Assembly (NCBI RefSeq): GCF_001194135.2
Contig: NC_068983.1
Location: forward strand, 130,903,564 to 130,956,729
Origin: Octopus bimaculoides
Taxonomy: Eukaryota
Length of the DNA: 53,166 bases
Direction of reading: 5' to 3'
Below, one piece after another: positions 11,933 to 23,052 of this stretch; within the stretch, counting starts at the first letter, position 1, and every line of letters begins with the position of its first letter. The translations under genes and the position numbers were made by a program. Below the pieces are notes generated by a model that was not told where the DNA came from, ran no database searches, and was given only the letters and a program-made list of their open reading frames with translations.

Positions 11933-14430
11933 CCCACATATGCCCATAAGAAAATGAAGTCTTAGGAATCGATTATATTTTACATATATGGTAGATATGT
12001 TTAATAATATATACCACTTTAGCTGTTTACTAATTTATTCAACAAGACATTATTACATATTTATGTGTGCTGCATTAATGCAACGATGGGTACACCAGTA
12101 CTAGTAGTGTTTTGCTAGCGCAACGGGGAGGCCACATGTCACATAATGTATTATACAAAAAATCTTACAACACCAAAAATATGTTTACTAATTTAAATAA
12201 AATTGAAGCATTTTACATTCATTCTTTCTATCTTTAGGAAAAATATTTGAATTAATGAAAATTAATGTAAACATTGAGATTAGATAAAAATCACTGAATA
12301 TTTGAAATAATGAAAATTAAACTAAACAAAAAAAAAAGAATATAGAACTGATTGAAACCTATATGAGGAGTTTACTTTGAAACTAATTATCTATCATTGT
12401 AACACAGCTTAATACAATATCACAAAACACAAAATATACATTCTGTCCAAATGTAATCTTTTCCTATTCTTTTATTATTCTTTTATTAATAAGCTGAATC
12501 TGACAACTTTTTTCCTGTTATTACGTAATATAAGATGATTTGCAGTATTTCTTCCCAAAACTTCACTCACTAAGACTGGATTTTGTGGCAGTTAAAGACA
12601 CACTTGTCATGCATAGGAGCTTTGCATTTCCTGCACATCTATGTAGTTTGACTCTTGCATTGCTTACATCATCGACGGTTTTCTGGCTCACTCTTTTATA
12701 TACCATGACCTATGTTGTCATATCTTTCCTCATTGATACTTGCTCTAGATTCAACAAGCATTTTTTTGTCTTCTTGGATTCATGAATGGCGTTGCATACT
12801 TCTTCAAAAGATACTGTACAGTTTGACGTGTAAATGCTTGTAGATCTTCTTTATAATTCCCTTCTCTGGAAAACAACCATACATTATTCATGCATGCGTT
12901 TAATAGGTAGGACACAAGTAAGAAATACCATTTTCCCGCCGAATGGCAATGCGGTACGCAGATATGTTTTGGTCTAGCCTGTCAACACATCCCATGTTAT
13001 ATTTTCCAATTACTGATGGCATTTATATCAAAACTTGTTTACGTTCTGCAACTGACCAGCGCGGAACTTGCTTTATACGATGCACACCAAACTGATTAGA
13101 CCCAAAGATAGCGACACCGTTATCATTCCCCATTGCCATTAAAATGCCAGAATCTTTTTCAAGAAAATGCGCCTCAGTCCCTCGTGGACAGTTTCCAGAC
13201 TGCTTGACTTTGGTTAGAGGACACTTTTCAGATCGATTACTACGAATCATGTCAGTGGTAGAATGACCTCTTCGCAGTATCTCTTCTAGAAGGTTGAACG
13301 ATGTGAAAAATGTTATCAAAGGAAAAGGAAGATTTCTTTTCTGTATACTGAGATTCAAGTTTATCAACCATGTTAAGCTTCTCTTCCTACGTATGTGTCC
13401 TTGTAACAGCTACTCTTTGTCCTTTCACATTTTCCTTGGTGTAAATCAATCCAGTATGAATAACCTAATGAACTAGCTGCTATCCATCCTTTGTAACCTC
13501 ATCGAATAAATTACTTTGTGGGATGGCCGCCATAATATGGGATCATCGCCTCATAAATAGAGACATTTGTTGGACCAAAAGCTGAGCCAAACTGTATAAA
13601 GCTTTCATTTAGAAGATCCGAAAATGGGCATACCTTTGCAAACATGCGCTTGCTGTCGAGTTCATTGTTTTCTGCTGCATGAAAGTATTTCATTATCTTA
13701 TCAGATTTGTTTCTTCGCATTGAACTGGCACAAGCTCATTTCAAACATCAGATTCGGTTTCCCAGTATAAACGACGACGAGGTAGCGTGTTGTATCCTGA
13801 GAGCAAAAAAATACCAATGAAAACATTCATCTTGCTGCTTGACAATTGGAATGTATGATTTCCTTTGTGGGCAGCAAACAAAAGAGTATACTTGATAAGT
13901 TCTTCTATAATAGTATCGTCAAAGAGGAGCTCAAATATTTCATGAGGTTACCGAAGTATGTCAATAATAGAAAGCCTGTAGGAGTAACTTGTGACTTCCT
14001 CTTTTGAGAGCATCCCCTCCACATTCCAGTGCCTTGACTTTTTATTCTTACACGTTTTTGTCACTGATATGAGAGTAGTCGTCTGCTGAAAATTATCATC
14101 TTGTTCTGTAGGCTGTTGTGGACCATCATCCGCTTGTCTCATATTAGATTCTTCAGCAGCAAAAAAGGCTTCACTAAGTAGCTGGTTTCCAGGTAGATTT
14201 CTAATTTCAACTAGATCTTCTTCACATGAGTCTTCATTTCTGACATCTCCATCTGCTGGTGGCGTAACGTAGATAACAATCTAGTTTTCTGATTCATTGG
14301 TCACTCTCCTCTCTTCTTAATCGCCATTGTATGTCATGGGCTTCGCGAGTTCTAATATTTCATTCGATGAGAAACTTCTGTGGAAGAGTAAATGACAAAC
14401 TGAAGTTTCTTATACAAAAATATATATGCA

Positions 14431-14485
<55 letters not shown>

Positions 14486-14521
14486 TTGCGTTGCCAAAAC
14501 GCAACCAGGGGTATATATGGG
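11933..14521 (-). mobile_element. Apparently full-length but decayed piggyBac DNA transposon (PGBD2/3-like transposase)
   Basis: Left end TTAA|CCCACATATGCCC (11929-11945). Right end GGGTATATATGGG (14509-14521) is its reverse complement with 2 mismatches and is followed by TTGG. The internal minus-strand transposase is listed separately. Confidence 0.75.
12575..14330 (-). pseudogene. piggyBac transposase pseudogene
   Basis: In order: IYVTPPADGDVRNEDSCEEDLVEIRNLPGNQL; MRRNKSDKIMKYFHAAENN..FAKV..NVSIYEAMIPYYGGHPTK*FIR (first catalytic D reads as Y); GYKGW..GYSYWIDLHQGK; TFFTSFNLLEE..RGH..IRSNRSEKCPL; YNMGCVDRLDQNISAYRIAIRR/KWY..YLLNACMNNVW; C-terminal CRD CKQCKSQTT*MCRKCKAPMHDKC. Confidence 0.92.
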
Positions 14522-14556
14522 TTGGTTTTCAATTACTGGAATGATGTTTCTACAAC

Positions 14557-14948
14557 ATAGCTGAGTGGCTATGTGGTAAGTAGCTTGCTTGCCAACCACA
14601 TTGTTCAGGATTCAGTCCTACTGCGTGGCAACTTGGGCAAGTGTTTTCTACTATAATCTCGGGCCGGCCAAAACCTTCTCAATGGATTTGGTAGACGGAA
14701 ACTGAAAGAAGTCCGTCGTATATAAATATATATATGTGTGTGTGTATGTGTTTGAGTGTCTGTGTTTGTCCCCCCTCGCATGACAACCGATGATGGTGTG
14801 TTCCTGTCCCCGTAACGTAGTGGTTCGGCAAAAGAGACCGGTAGAATAAGTACTAGGCTTATAAAGAATAAGTCCTAGGGTCGATTTGCTCGACTAATGG
14901 TGGTACTTCAGCATGGCCGCAGTCAAATGTCTGAAACAAATAAAAAAA
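14557..14948 (+). mobile_element. SINE family C (tRNA head, CORE-like segment, internal (TA)/(TG) spacer, tail)
   Basis: gtggctatgtggtaag..gcgtggcaacttgggcaagtgttttctactata..gtagacggaaactgaaagaag..ccgtaacgtagtggttcggcaaaagagacc..cagcatggccgcagtcaaatg; matches 51752-52143. Confidence 0.9.
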
Positions 14949-15339
14949 ATATATGTATATACATACATGTATGTATGTATGTATGTATGTATGTATGTAT
15001 GTATGTATGTGTTTGAATGTGTACGTGTGTTTGTAGGCATTCTGCAATATATGTCTTATTCAGTAAAGACGCGCATAGATACACGACATCAATCATCTAT
15101 TTGTCTTCAGCATGAGGACAGTGGCATGAAAACTTTTATCCCATTAGAGATCTTACAACGTATTTATAATGTGTGCAATATTTAAATACATGTATGTTAC
15201 AAACATGTTGGATTGACTACCTCAGGAAATAAGTGTGGGAGGTGAAATTGAGATTTATAACTTAGCTTGAATGTAGCCACATATAGTCTAGCTGTTACAT
15301 TTTCACCTTAGATTTTCACCCATGCCATTCAATATACTA

Positions 15340-15780
15340 CAGTAAACAAAACGGAAAACTTGTGTATACAAAGGAATCTAACTATCCTGTGGTGATATTC
15401 AATGTCTAACTAACTAGATAAGTAATATAGCTTCACAAAGATCTCCATTTGTCGGTGTAGCCAGATATTACAGAAAGAGTCAAGAGAATACCAGTTTTAA
15501 AAACACGACATTAGTTTCATATATAACGAGGTCCTGCCATTGGGCGAAAAACAAAGAAAAATGAAACACAGATCGTAACCTAAGTAACTTCTCGTTTAAT
15601 CCGCCTTACAGCATCATCGTGAAAACCGATATAGCCAAGACTTTCTAAATTTGATTGCAAAACATTTTCCCACAGACAACAATCTGCACAAATTATAGCC
15701 ATCAAAACTGTATTAACAGTTAAAGTTATTTCTTAGTGTCCGTAACATTTCCGCATATAATAACCACAAAGTGATTTCAG
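15340..15780 (+). mobile_element. Penelope-like RT C-terminal fragment
   Basis: Translations KESNYPVVIF (cf. SNHP..I) and FNPPYSIIVKTDIAKT/LNLIAKHFPTDNNLHK (cf. WFNPPYS..V.TNIG..FL.LI.KHFP..H.LHK). Confidence 0.8.
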
Positions 15781-16293
15781 CTAAAACACACAGCAAATTA
15801 ATCCACCTAAGATTTTGAGTTCATTTCAATGTACATATGAAGCGACTTTGTAATGTATACGGGATGGACCAAAGTTATATAGTTCATATTTCTGATACGA
15901 ATACATAATGCATTTTCAAACTACAAATCTGAGAAGATATTTCCTGAAAAAACTATATAGAATTTCTTAATTTAAAACGAAATATATATATATACATATC
16001 TTATGTAAAATACACTTGTGTATGAGTGTATTCGCTTTTCACGCGAAAATAGCTGCGCGAATTGCTTCCACACTTGGGATGCATGAATAATTTTACCTCG
16101 AATACATAATAGGATCATCAGTTTATTTTTTTGTTAACAATAAATAATTTTGCTTTCTATATATGATTCACTTCTTTAAAAAGGTTTCACATTGTCAACT
16201 TCCGGTATTGATGTAGCAACTGCGAAATTTTCCGTTTTCATTTGCAAAGTCACTCACTCTCTACTTTAATGCTTTCATTTAAAAATCTGAGGG

Positions 16294-16465
16294 CAGATCT
16301 GTACGTTAAAGCCGGATATAAACACTGAAATTATTAAATAATGTATTTTAAATGACTGAAAATTAGTTCTAACCTGAGACCTAATTTAACGAATGCTTTC
16401 GTTATAGCAGAAGTGATAAGCGTATCCAGCGAGCCATGTTCGGTTCCTTTTCTGTCAATAGCGTC
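16294..16465 (-). repeat. Copy 1 of a local 172-bp direct duplication (possible exon-intron unit)
   Basis: About 93% identical to 18800-18971 (11 substitutions and 1 indel by eye). Confidence 0.9.
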
Positions 16466-16504
16466 CAAGTTTTAATTCGCTGACATGAAATTGTGACTGT
16501 TTCT

Positions 16505-16640
16505 TACTCAACCGATCACGCCAAAAGGATTAAAGGCAAAGTCGACCTCAGTGGATTTTGGACTCAGAAGGTTAAGGCAGACAAAATGTCACTACATATT
16601 GTGTTCGGTGTGCTAACAATTCTACTAGCTCCTCGCACTG
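16505..16640 (-). mobile_element. Degenerate SINE family B
   Basis: Reverse complement reads gagctagtagaattgttagcacaccgaac..gagtccaaaatccactgaggtcgactttgcc. Confidence 0.7.
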
Positions 16641-16685
16641 ATTGTAAATTTACAATCAGTAAGTAATCATAGTAATTAGCCAATA

Positions 16686-17095
16686 GGCGTAGGCGTAGAT
16701 GTGCCGTAAGAAATGTGCTTCCCAACCTCATGGTTTCGATTTCAGTTTCACTGTGTAGCTCCTTGGGCGAGTTTCTTCATTTATAGCCTCGGGCCGACCA
16801 AAGTCTTGTGAGTGGACTTGATAGACGGAAACTGAGAAAAAATAGCCGTACGTGTGAGGAGGAGCGTGTGGGAGTGTATGTGTGTTTTTGTGTCTGTCTT
16901 CCTCTGCTACCGCTTGACGATCGGTGTTGGGGTGTTTGCGTCCCCCGTAACGTAGCGGTTCGTGACAAAAACGGACAGAATAAGTACCAGGCTTAAGGAA
17001 CATAAGTACTGGCGCTAATTCGTTAGACTATAATTCTTTAACGTGGTGCTCCATTATGACCGCTGTCTGATGACTGAAGCAAGTAAAAGACAAAA
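16686..17095 (+). mobile_element. SINE family C (older copy)
   Basis: Colinear with 14557-14948 and 51752-52143. Confidence 0.85.
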
Positions 17096-18799
17096 AGAAT
17101 AATCGTTACTTGTTGCGTAGTGCATAACAATAACCCTAAATTTTAAAAAGAACATAAATGATATGGAGGATGGTAAATTTCAAAAGACTTTTAGGAAATC
17201 CAGTTTCATTCGATGAGGTCAGTAGATTAGAAAATTCATTGGAGCTTCAAAAAAATTGCTTTGTTCTATTTGCTCTACCTCTCTACTGTCTGAGTTCAAT
17301 TCCAGCTGAAGTCATCTTTCAAGAGTTGATAAATTAAAGTACCATTCAAGTGCTGGAGTTTATTTGGTAGGCTATGCAAACCTTCCATAGATGCGCAACT
17401 CCATCATGTGTAGCTGTATTCCCATGTTACAATCATTAGTAAAATTACTATTAGTTTGAGCAAAAACAGTTCTATGAGAAAATTTCGAGACTGAAATATT
17501 TTTATATTACAACATTGTATCTAGTAAGATGCATTGTTTTATTACTATCATGGTAGTAACGGTAGATTAAAATTTAATTTTGATTAGAATATATACCGGA
17601 ATGAATTTCTCAAGAGAGAATGCCAAGAGGAAGAAAAACAGACAATAATAAGATTTCAACGTTTGTTGTAATTTTCAACTAAAATAACATCAAGAGTATT
17701 TAGTCACAATCTAGATGATAATTAAATTATCGATCAAAAAGCTATTGAAAATAAGTCATTTAAATATAAATTCAGAAAAATAAATAAATAAAATCCAAAA
17801 TCAAATATCAGTTTTCTATGTTTATTGATGACAAACAAATTTGATTTTTTATTAATATTTCTTTGTTTCTACTTGTGGAATCTAACTGATAAATATCTCA
17901 ATAGATATATTTTTTCTATAAATGAATTTTCGTCCAAAAACTACTAGCAGACATATTAGAAATAACGCATACCAGTAATTTAATTAATGAATATATAAGC
18001 TCTTCCAGGCAAGAAATTCCTAGCCTAATTTCATTACATCAATAATAAATTATATCTAATACTAAAAGGATTATAACCAAACTGTAACGTATATCTTTTA
18101 TTATTATTTTCTTTCAGATACAACTGATACGTAATAATTATTACATCAAGAATGTTTAAAAAGAAAAAAAAAGACAAATTTCAAGATGAAATATGGCGTA
18201 AATGTAACTTTAGCAATAGGAAATTTTATTTCTATTTGTTGTAAATTGGGTAAAATATAGCTGTATGCCATCGACATTCTTCTAACATCTATGAATATAT
18301 ACGTGATTTGTGATTACAAAACAAAAACAAATTAATTAGGCAATAAGAAAATTTTAAATTAATTTTAAAGTAAATATCGCATATTGTTATTGTTGAATAA
18401 AATCAAGATGTTTGTTTGTAGGAGTCTTATTAAAAATATAGTAAATACAAAGAAAATATCTTAAAGTAAACAACATTAATTTTATGCATAAAATAGCTGC
18501 TGTCCTTTCACACTTGCACTTTATCTCTCTCTCTCTCTCTCTCTCTTTAACTCCTACATTCAACCATGAACGTGAGGAAGTTAAGAATTTATTGTAAATT
18601 AGGACCATAGATTGTTCTGAGAATGTTGCATCGAGAAATAATTTCTATATAGATTTTCATGTTAATTTTTTTTTCTCTCTCTATCCTGAAATGTCTAAAT
18701 TTTCAAGATTAATTTGCTAAAGATATTATAATTCACAGCATGATTTCCACCAGATGATTTCAAAGGACAATTTAATTATCATATTTAAAAGTTAGAGGA

Positions 18800-18971
18800 C
18801 AGATCTGTACGTTAAAGCCGGAGATAAACACTGAAATTATTAAATAATGCATTTTAAATGACTGAGAATTAGTTCTAACCTGAGACCTAATTTAACGAAT
18901 GTTTTCGCTATAGCAGAGGTGATAAGAGTATCCAGAGAGCCATGTTCGGTTTCTTTTCCATCAATAGCGTC
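18800..18971 (-). repeat. Copy 2 of the local 172-bp direct duplication
   Basis: See 16294-16465. Confidence 0.9.
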
Positions 18972-19557
18972 AGTCATTCAATTGCAGACATGCAGGGACA
19001 ACTCCTGTAGTCAGTAATATCGATGCCAGCAGAGATCTTTTGTCATTTTGGTATATATCTTATCTATGTGCATAGCTATCTTTCTATCCATGAGCGTATA
19101 TTTCAGTAGAGAAAAGTCGTTAAATTTACGAAGAATCATTTAGGAATACCTCGCGTTGTTTGTTACGATTCTCTGCCGTCTAAGTTCAAATCCCATCAAG
19201 ATCAGTTTGCCTGTTATACTTTCGGGATTGATACAATAACAATCCATGGTTGTGATTTGGCGGAAGTTTTAGAAGGCAAAAGTCACTTATCATATGTATT
19301 TCGGCTTTTGAGTTCTAATTTCAAATTCTGCCTCGGTGTTGATGCAAGGGCTTATCTCACAAGAGCATCACTGTCACTCAACAATTGGTCTGGGTGGACT
19401 GTTAGCTTTCAATCAACATGACTTAGGCGATGATAGATTACTGAATGTCTGTCCAGTAGCTGACTGAAAGCAGCTGATTGTGAAGGAAGAATTTCTCAGA
19501 TGCCTAGGTTATGCTTTGGCATAACAAACATAAATTCGCATCAACACGCATACGCAC

Positions 19558-19628
<71 letters not shown>

Positions 19629-19779
19629 TTATGAGCGGTAGTGGTGTCAATTAGACCCAGAGGTTTCAGGTAATGCTGAGTAAGTGCTATGAATAAAACA
19701 TAGTTAAGCTCCAGGTTCGGTGATTATGCGAATAAGGGGGGGGGTGCAACGTAGGTCATATATCACCGTGTGAATATAA

Positions 19780-20150
19780 GGATTTACTTTTCGTAATGAG
19801 ATTAAAACAAAACCAAGGCTGTGTATATTTTAGAACATTTATAAATAGGTCTTACAGCTGTTTACAGGATATTTATTATATCCCTTCATCGGAGACGATG
19901 TGAGAGGATTGCTAAGCAATATTTGATTTAGATAAGATAGGAAATAGAGAGTGAATGCAGGGATATTGTATTTGTAAATCCATTGTTTAGGCAGAATGGT
20001 ATACATATAAGATTCCAATACCTTGTGAGTAAAATCCAATAGTCCTCAAGATTGGTCATTGCATTTGTAAATCCATTATTAAGATTCCAGTACCCTATGA
20101 GTAAAATCCAGCAGTCTTTGAAATTCGTCATTCCAAATACAGAGTTTATA
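19780..20150 (-). mobile_element. Probable PLE 3' end / pseudo-LTR relic with an internal tandem duplication
   Basis: Carries the hammerhead motif. Upstream are two imperfect tandem units (ggattttactca.a.ggta.tggaatct...tggatttacaaat). The PLE assignment is an inference. Confidence 0.45.
19849..19896 (-). ncRNA. Minimal type I hammerhead ribozyme motif (mutated core)
   Basis: Minus strand reads GTCT-CCGATGA-A-GGGATAT-aataa-ATATCCT-GTAAACAGCTGT-A-AGAC. Stem I GTCT/AGAC, 7-bp stem II, palindromic stem III ACAGCTGT and a GUA triplet are present. Core deviations are U4 to C and an extra T in GAAA. Confidence 0.7.
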
Positions 20151-20409
20151 CACAGCGTTATCGAATCAAGGGTTCTGATTAAAGTGACCTAAAAGTAGGG
20201 AATGTATTAGTAAGGTCAAATCGAAAACAGGAAGAGAGGGAGGAAGAAAGAGAGAAAAAAAGGGGGAGAAAGAGAAGAAAAAAGGAAGAAGAAAACAATA
20301 AAAGGAGTAAAGAAAAGAAAGGAATAAAGAAAAGAAAGGAATAAAGAAAAGAAAGAAATGTAACTTTTCAAGGTGAAACGAAAAGGACCGACATTTATGT
20401 GTTGAAAAA

Positions 20410-22600
20410 TTCATTAAACCTATTTGGCACAGAATGTATGAAGTTATTTAAAATGTGATAAACGCCCATCAGTGTTCTCTGTGAATATGTGGACAGCACG
20501 GTCAAAAGTTCGAATGAAGTCGAACAACTGAGACAAAAAATTTTTTAATTGTTTCCAAATGTTTTTTTTTTTTTTTTGAAGGATTAAGATGTTGCATTAA
20601 AACAAAAGGATCGCAGTGAAAGAAAAGGCAACACCTGTTTTTTGGTCCAGACGGAACGAGCTATTTCCGAATATTTTTTTTACTATTGTCGGAAATATAA
20701 ATGAATACTGGTTTAGACTAACAGAAGGAAAAGTGTGAATGTTTGATGAAAAAAATCAAATATTTAGATCAAGTAATTGACGAAAGTGGACTAAGGCCAG
20801 ACCCATCAAGAGCGATGGATATACGGAATATGCCTCCCCCAACGAAAGTCAAATTGTTACAAGTATTTTTAGGTTTGGTAAACTACTATCAAGTATATAT
20901 CCCAAACATACACAACATAAGGGCTTCACTAAACGAGCTGTTAAAAAGGATGCCAAGTGATTTCGGTCAGAAAACTGCCAGAAGGTATTTCAGGAACTAA
21001 AAAGCATGTTAACTTCAGAATTATCGCTTACACGTTTTGATCCGATTTTGGAAACGATACTGACAACATATGGTAGTGAGTACAGGGTAGGTGCGGTACT
21101 CCTACACAAATGTGAAGATGGAAGCCAAAAGCCATAGCTCACGCGTTGAGGTTGCTGTTGCCAGCGGAAAAAAATTTATGGTCAAATTGAAAAAGAGGCA
21201 TTGGCGATTATATTTAGCATAAAATGTTCCACAGGTTTATACATCGTAGACGGTTTCGACAACAAACAGAACATCGCACGTTGCTAAGGATTTATGGAAC
21301 TAAGAAAGAAATTCCAGTCTATGTGGTAAACAAGTTGAAACGATGCAGCACCATACTACTAAACTACGACTACGCAATGGAATATTTGTCTTCGAAAAAG
21401 CTAGAACATGCTGGCGGTCAATCCAGATTAACAACCAGAAATGGCAAAACATTTGAGGACGCAGTAATAGCAGCCCTAAGAGCTGAAGGGAAAATGAAAC
21501 ACACAACGGGGAACATTGTACGAGAGTTACCAACAACTCTGGGGGAGATAAAGCAACACGCGTCAAAAGATAAGTTCATTAACGAAACAAAAAAACTCTG
21601 GTAAGAAAAAAACAGTAGCAGGTAAACATATATTCAACATGCGACGGTGTACTGATGTATGACCAAAGGGTAGTGATACCTGAAACTACAAAAAAGATTG
21701 TTGAAATAATTCCATATTTGATATCCGAGGCTCGCAATGCTGAACGCGCCTATGCGCAGTTATGTGTTTATGCCGAAGATGGACAAGGAGGTTGAAAACG
21801 TAGTAAAAGGCTGTAGATGTGCTCTGGCAGCAAAATTGCTTACTAAAAAACGGGAGCCTTGGTCAGAATTAAAAAGTCCATAGTCAAGACTACATATCAA
21901 TTTTGCGGGTCCGTTAAATGGTTATGACTACTTAGTAGTAGTTGACAGTCTTACAAATGGCCGGAAATTGTTAAGTGCAAAAGACCAACCTCCGAAACAG
22001 TAATAAATTTTTTGCACGAATTATTCGCAGGATTCGGCATCCCAGACGTGATTGTATCTGGGAGCGGAACACAATTTGTGTTCAGTGAATTTAGAAAATT
22101 CTACAAAATGTTCACAGTAGAACATAAAATGTGAGTGGCTTACCATCCCAAATCAAATGTACAGGCAGAGCGTTTTGTGGATACTTTTAAGAAAGCTTTG
22201 AGAAAATCAAACAAATAAGTCACAGAGGATGTCACTCTGCAGCAATTCTTAAGGGTATACAGGGTGACACCGAACCCCAATACAATAGCAGGAAGCTCAC
22301 CAGCAGAATTGATGTTCGCGAGGAAGGTGAAATCAGTTTTTGATAAACTGTTACTTGGCGAAGAAAGAAAAAGTACCAGGAAAGACGATCTGAAATTTTT
22401 CAAACTTGGTGATAAGGTATACATGGGGTCATATAAAAACGGAAAGCAGTACTGAGAAGAAGACAAAATTACAGAGTATCTAGGGAAAATGAGGTACGGA
22501 ATTAAAAGAACAGGTATTCAAAAAAGACACAGAAACCAATTGAAGAAGCCATTTATAGAAAATGAACCAGACAGATAAGTAGAACCTTTGGAACGGTTGT
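20410..22600 (+). mobile_element. Ty3/Gypsy LTR-retrotransposon pol relic (RT core deleted; RNase H and integrase decayed)
   Basis: LNLFGTE..; KEKATPVF; KIKYLDQVIDESGLRPDP..FLGLVNYY..IPN; GAVLLH..DGSQ..YGQIEKEALAIIF; FHRFIH..RF; ILLNYDY.MEY; integrase LHINFAGPLNGY.YLVVVDS, FLHELFAGFGIPDVIVS, QAERFVDTFKKAL, YRVTPN..SPAELMF. Confidence 0.95.
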
Positions 22601-22807
22601 GTGACACATTCTAGGTATCAACATAGTTAAAAGTAGTTGGACCCATGCGTACATGTGGAAGAAAAAGGAAGAACACAGAAATCCTACAAACAGACACCAA
22701 AAAAAAAAGATATTAAGTTGGGAAAACAAAACGCTAAAAAGGGAGGATGGTTGAATAAAATAAAAATAAATTACTTGCTTCCCCAGGAAAAAAACAAAAG
22801 GGGGCGA

Positions 22808-23052
22808 TATTGTGGTGAAAATGGCACTCCCCTTCCCACGTGACGAAGTGGTATGACTCAGCCACTATAAAGTCAGACAGTTAGCCGTTGTAGGGGATCA
22901 GTAATAGTAGAGTCGTACGAGTTCTCATTTGGAGTCAGTGTCAGTTACGAGATATATACGAGTTAGTTACCGTCAAGGCATATGTCTCGAAGTCATTGTC
23001 GACAAGAATATTGCAGTGCCGACAATGACATACAAGTGGACAAAGATCCACA
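22808..23052 (+). repeat. Probable 3' LTR of the Gypsy relic
   Basis: Purine tract AAAAGGGGGCGA (PPT-like) lies immediately before tat-TGTGGTG. A TATAAA lies inside, and a possible ...CCACA end is at 23052. No 5' LTR is available for comparison. Confidence 0.45.

Noticed and set aside
13023-13367. Initial impression of a Helitron/PIF1 helicase
   Set aside because: No Walker A or PIF1 motifs. The surrounding motifs are unambiguously piggyBac.
17589-18200. Possible plus-strand exons after ttttgattAG (NIYRNEFLKRECQEEEKQ..) and ttctttcAG (about 18118)
   Set aside because: Short frames closed by stops in very AT-rich DNA, with no credible donors.
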